Origin: Pseudomonadota bacterium
GTDB taxonomy: Bacteria; UBA10199; 2-02-FULL-44-16; JBDRGF01
Assembly (NCBI GenBank): GCA_043818055.1
Contig: JBDRGF010000029.1
Span: 1-31,885 of the forward strand
Direction of reading: 5' to 3'
Length of the DNA: 31,885 bases
The notes beneath the pieces were generated by a model. It was given only the letters and a program-made list of their open reading frames with translations, ran no database searches and was not told the DNA's origin. The position numbers were made by a program, and so were the translations under genes. This document shows positions 26,559-31,885 of this stretch, piece after piece (positions within the stretch are counted from its first letter, which is position 1; every line of letters begins with the position of its first letter).

Positions 26559-27827
26559 TTATTTCTCAACGCCAGGATCCATCATCTTTCCCATGAAGAG
26601 TATAGCGTTCGATCGTTCGTCCTGAATCACGAAGATGAACGGTCTGTCAGCTGTGAAGACAAAGATGTCGTTCTCAGACGGTGCCATGACGGGTACGATA
26701 TCAACAGCGGTCGCTGCAGCAGCCTCAGTCCCTTCTTCATTCACATCTACATAGGTCTGATGGATCACATCATTTATCATGAGCGGGAACTTTGAGCAGA
26801 TTCCCGGAAATGTGGCATAATCTGAGAATGCCAATTGCACCCCCATCTTCTCTAGAACATCTTTGAGTTTCTTTTTGTAATCCATTGTAAAGCGTGGAAA
26901 TGAGAGCCGTACATCGCCATATGTAAAGGATGTCATCCACTTTTTCCAGTCGTCGATTGTGATTCCTTTAACAAAATCATCGATCATTATGCCTTCATTG
27001 GGGAGGATTAGTATCATCGAAAGCTTGTCATTTGTGTATGGCAGCTTCACCGCAAGAAAGTTGTCGCCCTTTAGGTGATGATATTCATTTTTCTGATACA
27101 TCATAGGGACGCTTTTTTTGGTATCATTGGTGACATGAAACGATTGTTGTTCTGTCATCTCTTTGTCAAAGAGATCTTTCCACGTTGCTTTGAAATAGAG
27201 GGTATTGATGAGGATAAGAAGAGAATTGTCGGAGAGTTCGCTTAGGAGATTTTTTATTTTACCTTTGGTCTCATCTTCCACCCACGCGTTTATTGTCTCG
27301 AGAGATTTCGGATCGGAGAAGGGGAGCGTTTCAAATTTAGCGTCATAGTATTTTTTATTCATCTCTACGAAGTCAGCGTTGATCATTTCATCGGTCTTGT
27401 CGTTTACCCAACCAGAGTTTGCTACATCGAGTTCGATCTTGGGATCGACATTGTCGATGCTTGCTGCTAAGTATCTGAACTGTTCATTTAGTTTATCCAG
27501 GCTCATGTCTTCAAACTTGAGCGCTGATGCCATCTCGTCCTTTGTCTTGTCTGAGGCGCCGTTGTAAACCATTGCCATGAGGAATGATATGCTTGCGGGA
27601 GAGATGAAGAGATTTATATCTGGTTCCATCCCGACCATCTCTTTGAAAAAATCCAGGGCGAAAGTGTTGTTCGCATCTACAAAATTCTTATCCAGAGAGA
27701 ATGCGCTTTCATCGGAATTAATATTATTATCATTGTCTTTCTTGTCATCGGTGGCAGAGCTCCCCTTGTTACAACCTGATAATGCGATCATGAGTACAAC
27801 GATCAATACTAAGAATCTCTTTCCCAT
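26559..27827 (-). CDS. Serpin family protease inhibitor, lipoprotein
   Basis: LSG-C lipobox. Serpin motifs NLFISPASI, INAWVEDETKGKI, LINTLYFKATW, hinge VNEEGTEAAAAT and FTADRPFIFVI...ILFMG. Confidence 0.95.
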   Translation of the reverse strand: MGKRFLVLIVVLMIALSGCNKGSSATDDKKDNDNNINSDESAFSLDKNFVDANNTFALDFFKEMVGMEPDINLFISPASISFLMAMVYNGASDKTKDEMASALKFEDMSLDKLNEQFRYLAASIDNVDPKIELDVANSGWVNDKTDEMINADFVEMNKKYYDAKFETLPFSDPKSLETINAWVEDETKGKIKNLLSELSDNSLLILINTLYFKATWKDLFDKEMTEQQSFHVTNDTKKSVPMMYQKNEYHHLKGDNFLAVKLPYTNDKLSMILILPNEGIMIDDFVKGITIDDWKKWMTSFTYGDVRLSFPRFTMDYKKKLKDVLEKMGVQLAFSDYATFPGICSKFPLMINDVIHQTYVDVNEEGTEAAAATAVDIVPVMAPSENDIFVFTADRPFIFVIQDERSNAILFMGKMMDPGVEK

Positions 27828-27858
27828 ATTCCCTCCCGGATAGTTGTTTGTGATCTAT

Positions 27859-27885
27859 ATATCGGTTTGGCTTTTGGAAAGTTGC
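27859..27885 (-). promoter_or_regulatory. Sigma28-like promoter upstream of the serpin
   Basis: Minus strand reads GCAAC-tttccaaaagccaaa-CCGATAT, the same 15-nt spacing as 469-495. Confidence 0.5.
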
Positions 27886-27923
27886 GTACTATTTTAAGTT
27901 TTGTGGAGATTGCGGTATGTTTA

Positions 27924-28808
27924 TTATCCGGCGGAGCCGTGCAGTTCCCGAGCTCCCCTTTCGAATAAGTTTATGACCTGTGCGATAGCTGAGAGGGCGG
28001 CCTCTTCTGGTAGTCTCTTTGGCACCGCGGTGTTGACGGCTGTGAGGCAACTGATGAGTAGCTCAGCCACACCGGGAAACCCATGTGTTAAGAATCTGTT
28101 ATTTATGAAGCCATGGGTGTTGTCACCAAGTGCGAGTTGCAATATGCCAAACAGCGAGCTTAGATCGATTCCCTCTCCATGGTTTTCTACTGGGTGGATG
28201 AAATGCTCAGCCCCTTTTATCGCAATGGCGATGCCTGTCAGAGAGAGATAGTTGAGATATCGTGGATCAGCATTTTCCGGTGGAAAGATGAAATTCTTTG
28301 TCTGATATCCCTCTCTTTGAGTCTCCTGCACATATAACATCCCAACAGGTGTGCTAACGCGTGGAATTATCAGGGATAAATCATCAGGAAGGTTTGTTGC
28401 CCTGCTTTTTTTTATTTTTGGCTGGAAACGTCTTTTGAATTCCGTGCCGAATTTCCAAAGTATCTCCCCCATGTCATGCCGGTCGTAGTCGCCGTCTATC
28501 CAAAAATCTCTCGAACAGCTTCCCTCGAATATTCTTCCTTCAAAGGAGAGGGCTCTGATTCTCGTAATAGGTCTGAATAAAGGTGGCTTATGCGGCCCCA
28601 TAAAGTCTGTTTCGAACTTTCCAACTTTTAGGTTTGTAGCTCCTGCTATCTTTGTCATGGCCTCCATGCTTGCCCTGGGAACATGTACGAAAGAGGTCTG
28701 TGGTCTGTTTAAAAAAACATTTTGTGGTGTGAAGTGCGTAGTTGATGTGGAATTATAAATTCCTTGTGGAGCCTGAAGGGGTCTTAAAGGGATAATCTTG
28801 TTTGTCAT
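27924..28808 (-). CDS. Hypothetical protein, 294 aa
   Basis: Long ORF filling the gap between neighbours, with a Pro/Thr-rich N-terminus and no recognised motif. ACCGATAA lies about 45 nt upstream. Confidence 0.65.
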   Translation of the reverse strand: MTNKIIPLRPLQAPQGIYNSTSTTHFTPQNVFLNRPQTSFVHVPRASMEAMTKIAGATNLKVGKFETDFMGPHKPPLFRPITRIRALSFEGRIFEGSCSRDFWIDGDYDRHDMGEILWKFGTEFKRRFQPKIKKSRATNLPDDLSLIIPRVSTPVGMLYVQETQREGYQTKNFIFPPENADPRYLNYLSLTGIAIAIKGAEHFIHPVENHGEGIDLSSLFGILQLALGDNTHGFINNRFLTHGFPGVAELLISCLTAVNTAVPKRLPEEAALSAIAQVINLFERGARELHGSAG

Positions 28809-28884
28809 AATTTATACGTTTTGTTAGCTATAAAACTGTATAAATTATTCTTATCGGTTTATAAGAAAAAATTCAAGAAAAAAA

Positions 28885-29589
28885 TTACTTTTTGCGAAAC
28901 AAATCTTTTATTCCATGACCTATTCCCTGGATTTTGCCCTTTCCCATCTCTTTTAAAATGTTTTTGTGGATGGATGGCAGCATCTTTTTCAAGATCATCG
29001 CTATTATTTTGGTAGTGTCGACGCTTCCTCCTTCTCCAACGTCATTAATTATGATGTCGGAAAGCTTGATGGTAATAGCCTTATGGCCCGGGATATCCGG
29101 ATACCATCGAACGGTGGGCGCTTGTATGATAAGGGTTTTGATTACGAATTTTTTTCCGTCGGATTTTTTGTCATCACCTGAAGGGCTTTCTGCGTTTTTC
29201 TGAAGCTGATCGATATTGCTCCATTTTCTCCCCGATTCTATATAGTTGATTGCTGGACTTTTGATTACGACCCGGTTTACCTCAATAGTCTTTTTAAAAA
29301 TCGCCATCGGTTTCATTTTCACGGAGATCTCGGGCGCGTACAAAGCATCGCCTCTGCCAAACCCTTTGGGGTTTCCGATGCTAAGGTCTGAAATGAGGGC
29401 ACTTCCCGATAGCGGGGATATGTAGACTTTTCCAAGAACAAGATCTGCCTGAAGAGTCTTTTTACCCAGCCTCTCAGCGCCAAATTTCACGATAGATCCG
29501 AGTGAGAGTGGCAGGACGACAAATAGCAACACGAAGATGACAACAAATACGGCGAGAGCGATAACTTTTTTCGGTGTAAAAATTTTCAT
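28885..29589 (-). CDS. AsmA/DUF748-like membrane-anchored protein
   Basis: N-terminal TM helix, then ISPLSG...L.IGNPKGF, I.V..V.I..P.I.Y and SNIDQL, a pattern typical of short AsmA-family proteins. Confidence 0.7.
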   Translation of the reverse strand: MKIFTPKKVIALAVFVVIFVLLFVVLPLSLGSIVKFGAERLGKKTLQADLVLGKVYISPLSGSALISDLSIGNPKGFGRGDALYAPEISVKMKPMAIFKKTIEVNRVVIKSPAINYIESGRKWSNIDQLQKNAESPSGDDKKSDGKKFVIKTLIIQAPTVRWYPDIPGHKAITIKLSDIIINDVGEGGSVDTTKIIAMILKKMLPSIHKNILKEMGKGKIQGIGHGIKDLFRKK

Positions 29590-29738
29590 ATTACCCCCTA
29601 TAGTTTTTTGATAGTATGATTTTACATAATTGCAGTGCTGTTGACGAGTGTTTTTTATCTTTTAAAATCGGTTGCCAGAGTGTAAAATGATTTGTAGCTC
29701 GTGCAAAATAAAATGACTGGTTTTATAATATTGCTTTT

Positions 29739-29802
29739 GTAGGGGCAGGTTTTAAACCTGCCCGAAAATGTGGACGTGGGCGGGTTTGAAACCCGCCCCT
29801 AC
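29739..29802. repeat. REPIN (inverted REP doublet)
   Basis: GTAGGGGCAGGTTTTAAACCTGCCC (29739-29763) and the inverted copy GGGCGGGTTTGAAACCCGCCCCTAC (29778-29802). Confidence 0.85.
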
Positions 29803-29850
29803 AAATCAGTTATTTTGTTTTACGGTTGCTATAACAACTAAAAGGATCAG

Positions 29851-30372
29851 ATGATTCATCCAAAAGATGCGATAAAATTTTGTCCCTATTGCGGAAGTGA
29901 AAAGTTTAAATTCCGGAATGATTTATCTTTTATCTGTACTAAATGCGACAAAGAGCTCTTCATCAATGCTGCATCCTCAGTTGTAGCCGTAATTTACGAC
30001 GATCAAAGAAGATTGCTTTTCTGCACGAGGGGGAGGGATCCTCACAAGGGGATGCTCGACCTTCCCGGTGGTTTTATAGATCCGGGTGAGACGGCAGAAA
30101 TAGCCCTACATCGCGAGATGAAAGAGGAGCTTGGAAAAAATGTCATCAGCCATTCGTATCTTGGATCGTACACAAACGAGTATCCGTATGGTGGGCTTAC
30201 CTATTATACGCTAGATCTGGTCTTTGAATGTAAGCTCGATAGCTATGAAAATATATCGGCGATGGATGATGTTTCGGCGGTGGAATTTATATCCCCCGAG
30301 ACCGTTGACATCGATTCGATCGGCTCGGAGTCGATAAAGAATATTGTCAAGTCGATCATTAAAAAGAATTGA
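29851..30372 (+). CDS. NUDIX hydrolase with N-terminal zinc ribbon
   Basis: FCPYCG...CTKC zinc ribbon; Nudix box GGFIDPGETAEIALHREMKEELG. Confidence 0.9.
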   Translation: MIHPKDAIKFCPYCGSEKFKFRNDLSFICTKCDKELFINAASSVVAVIYDDQRRLLFCTRGRDPHKGMLDLPGGFIDPGETAEIALHREMKEELGKNVISHSYLGSYTNEYPYGGLTYYTLDLVFECKLDSYENISAMDDVSAVEFISPETVDIDSIGSESIKNIVKSIIKKN

Positions 30373-30376
30373 AAAT

Positions 30377-31000
30377 ATGAAAAAGAAAACTCAGATCAAA
30401 TGCATTTTTGTCGATATCGGAGGAGTTCTTCTTTCCAAGGGTTGGGGACATGAATCGCGCATGGATGCTGCAAAGAAGTTTTGCGTCGATTATGATGAAA
30501 TGGAATCCAGACATTGCAAAATCTTCAGCAAGTACGAGAAGGGGTTGATCAGCCTTGATGAATATTTAAAGGCGATAATCTTCTATAAGAAGCGGTCGTT
30601 TACTAAAGGTCAGTTTAAAAGATTCATATTGGCACAATCGAAACCTGTTAAGCGGATGATCTCGTTGATGCGCAAATTAAAATCGAAATATGGACTGAAG
30701 ATAGTAGCGGTGAACAATGAAGGGTTGGAGCTCAATTTACATCGAATCAAAAAATTTAGGCTAAATGCCTTTATCGATTTTTTCGTATCATCGTGCTTTG
30801 TTCATCTCATCAAGCCTGACAAAAATATTTATAAATTAGCGCTGGATCTTGCTCAAATTCCCGCGGGTCAGGTGCTCTACATCGATGACCAACAGAGTTT
30901 AGTCGATATTGCAGTGTCATTAGGAATTAAAGGTATTTGCCACACCGACTATGAATCGACATTGAGCAAGCTTGGAAGATTCGGATTGAAGGTTGTATGA
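30377..31000 (+). CDS. HAD-superfamily phosphatase
   Basis: Motifs FVDIGGVL, VNN, KPD..IY and YIDD. Start moved to the ATG at 30377, 4 nt after the NUDIX stop. Confidence 0.85.
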   Translation: MKKKTQIKCIFVDIGGVLLSKGWGHESRMDAAKKFCVDYDEMESRHCKIFSKYEKGLISLDEYLKAIIFYKKRSFTKGQFKRFILAQSKPVKRMISLMRKLKSKYGLKIVAVNNEGLELNLHRIKKFRLNAFIDFFVSSCFVHLIKPDKNIYKLALDLAQIPAGQVLYIDDQQSLVDIAVSLGIKGICHTDYESTLSKLGRFGLKVV

Positions 31001-31035
31001 TGGAAGATGAAGGCTCTAATAAAGGATGTGAAATT

Positions 31036-31599
31036 ATGAATATGAAGGCAGCAGATTTGATTGAGTTGCTGGGATTGACTCCTCTTCCGGAAGAGGGTGG
31101 GTTTTACAAGGAGACGTATCGAGCATCCGGTGAAATACCGCAAAGTGAATTGAAGGGCCACGAGGGGAGTCGAAACTATTCAACTGCGATATACTATCTC
31201 ATCACGCCGACCGAATTTTCAGCGCTGCACAAACTTCCGCAGGATGAGGTCTTTCATTTTTATCTGGGCGATCCCGTCGAGATGATTCAAATAGATGAGA
31301 ACGGAAAACTAAAAACGATCATCATGGGTCAGGATATAAAAAATAGTCAGCAATTACAGGTGATCGCTCCAGGAAATGCATGGCAGGGTACGAGGCTTGT
31401 CGAAGGTGGAAGCTGGGCGCTACTAGGAACAACAGTGGCACCAGGATTTGATTTCAAAGACTTTCAAGTATCTTCGAGAAGAGAGTTGATAGAAAAATAT
31501 CCCACTCATGAGAAAAAAATAGTCGAGTTTACGAGATATAGTGAATCAACCCGCTCCCCCATCCCCTCCTTATCAGAGGCTGTTGCCGAAGTGTCTTAA
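31036..31599 (+). CDS. Cupin domain protein (DUF985/Cupin_5)
   Basis: LGL.PLPEEGGFYKETYR, STAIYYL, FSALH...DEVFHFYLGDP and TVAPGFDFKDF. Start placed at 31036, after an AAAGGA RBS. Confidence 0.9.
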   Translation: MNMKAADLIELLGLTPLPEEGGFYKETYRASGEIPQSELKGHEGSRNYSTAIYYLITPTEFSALHKLPQDEVFHFYLGDPVEMIQIDENGKLKTIIMGQDIKNSQQLQVIAPGNAWQGTRLVEGGSWALLGTTVAPGFDFKDFQVSSRRELIEKYPTHEKKIVEFTRYSESTRSPIPSLSEAVAEVS

Positions 31600-31713
31600 A
31601 AGAGCAAATATGCTTTTTCTATATTTGTCATTCCCGTGAAAACGGGAATCCAGAGGTTTTATTATATATGGATCCCCGATCAGAGTCGGGGATGACAGTT
31701 CGCCAACAGCCTC
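31576..31713. mobile_element. 138-bp MITE with 20-bp terminal inverted repeats and 5-bp TSD (TATCA)
   Basis: Left end GAGGCTGTTGCCGAAGTGTC and right end GACAGTTCGCCAACAGCCTC match at 18/20 as inverted repeats. TATCA lies at 31571-31575 and 31714-31718. Confidence 0.8.
31626..31697. repeat. Double-hairpin palindromic element (dRS3/Rickettsia-RPE-like)
   Basis: TGTCATTCCCGTGAAAACGGGAATCCA ... TGGATCCCCGATCAGAGTCGGGGATGACA. Contains ATTCCC-N8-GGGAAT. Confidence 0.75.
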
Positions 31714-31760
31714 TATCAAGGAGGGGAGTTGATTCAGCAACAGCCTCTTTCGCAGGGATG

Positions 31761-31885
31761 GTGCGCCAGGATAAATCTGGTCAGACTTGTAAGCTGAAAG
31801 GAGTTTACCATGTGAATTGTCCATACGACATGTAGCTAAGGAGGCGACAGGTCGGAGTAATCCGGGTGTCGAAGCCCTCCGCAGC
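31761..31885 (+). mobile_element. Probable 5' end of a group II intron (domain I), truncated by the window edge
   Basis: Starts GTGCG. Stems follow in order: GTAAGCT/AGTTTAC, CATGT/ACATG, then TAGC and nested GGAGG/CCTCC, CGACA/TGTCG, CGGA-GTAA-TCCG (GNRA loop) with GAAGC on the 3' side, as in subdomain Ic. Confidence 0.6.

Noticed and set aside
22299..29203. Numerous short ORFs overlapping the surface protein, cadB, DA1, serpin and AsmA genes
   Set aside because: They are antisense or alternate-frame shadows of well supported genes, with no motifs.
23145..29802. Repeats as a CRISPR array
   Set aside because: They are dispersed intergenic singlets and inverted doublets, not direct repeats with regular spacers, and no cas genes are present.
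31707..31770. Possible SAM-I riboswitch (CTATCAAGGAG...GCAAC...GGTGC)
   Set aside because: It lacks the kink-turn/pseudoknot P2 core. The sequence is fully explained by the MITE end, TSD, hairpin and intron boundary.
31573..31824. 83-aa minus-strand ORF
   Set aside because: It spans the MITE, palindromic repeat and intron start. LDSRFHGND is just the translated palindrome.

Overview
Bacterial genomic window, taxon not determinable from sequence alone. The first two thirds (549-20988) is a tightly packed, co-oriented cluster of about 20.4 kb. It holds one 699-aa orphan followed by eight large paralogous genes (705-834 aa), each ending in a DnaJ-type J-domain. Two 'type A' paralogs flank six 'type B' paralogs. 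The HPD motif is intact in three copies and altered (HSD x4, HFD x1) in five. A sigma28-like promoter motif (GCAAC-N15-CCGATA) precedes the cluster and recurs upstream of a serpin gene. The rest of the window holds a carotenoid-biosynthesis-family membrane protein, a surface Ig-like/DUF11 protein, a 16-Cys repeat peptide, a CadB-like antiporter, a Cys-rich lipoprotein, a DA1-like LIM/zinc peptidase, a lipoprotein serpin, and AsmA-like, NUDIX, HAD and cupin genes. Non-coding features are GTAG-type REP/REPIN repeats, a 138-bp MITE with a 5-bp target duplication nested in a hairpin, and the probable 5' end of a group II intron at the right edge. All family calls come from motif recognition by eye; no searches were run.
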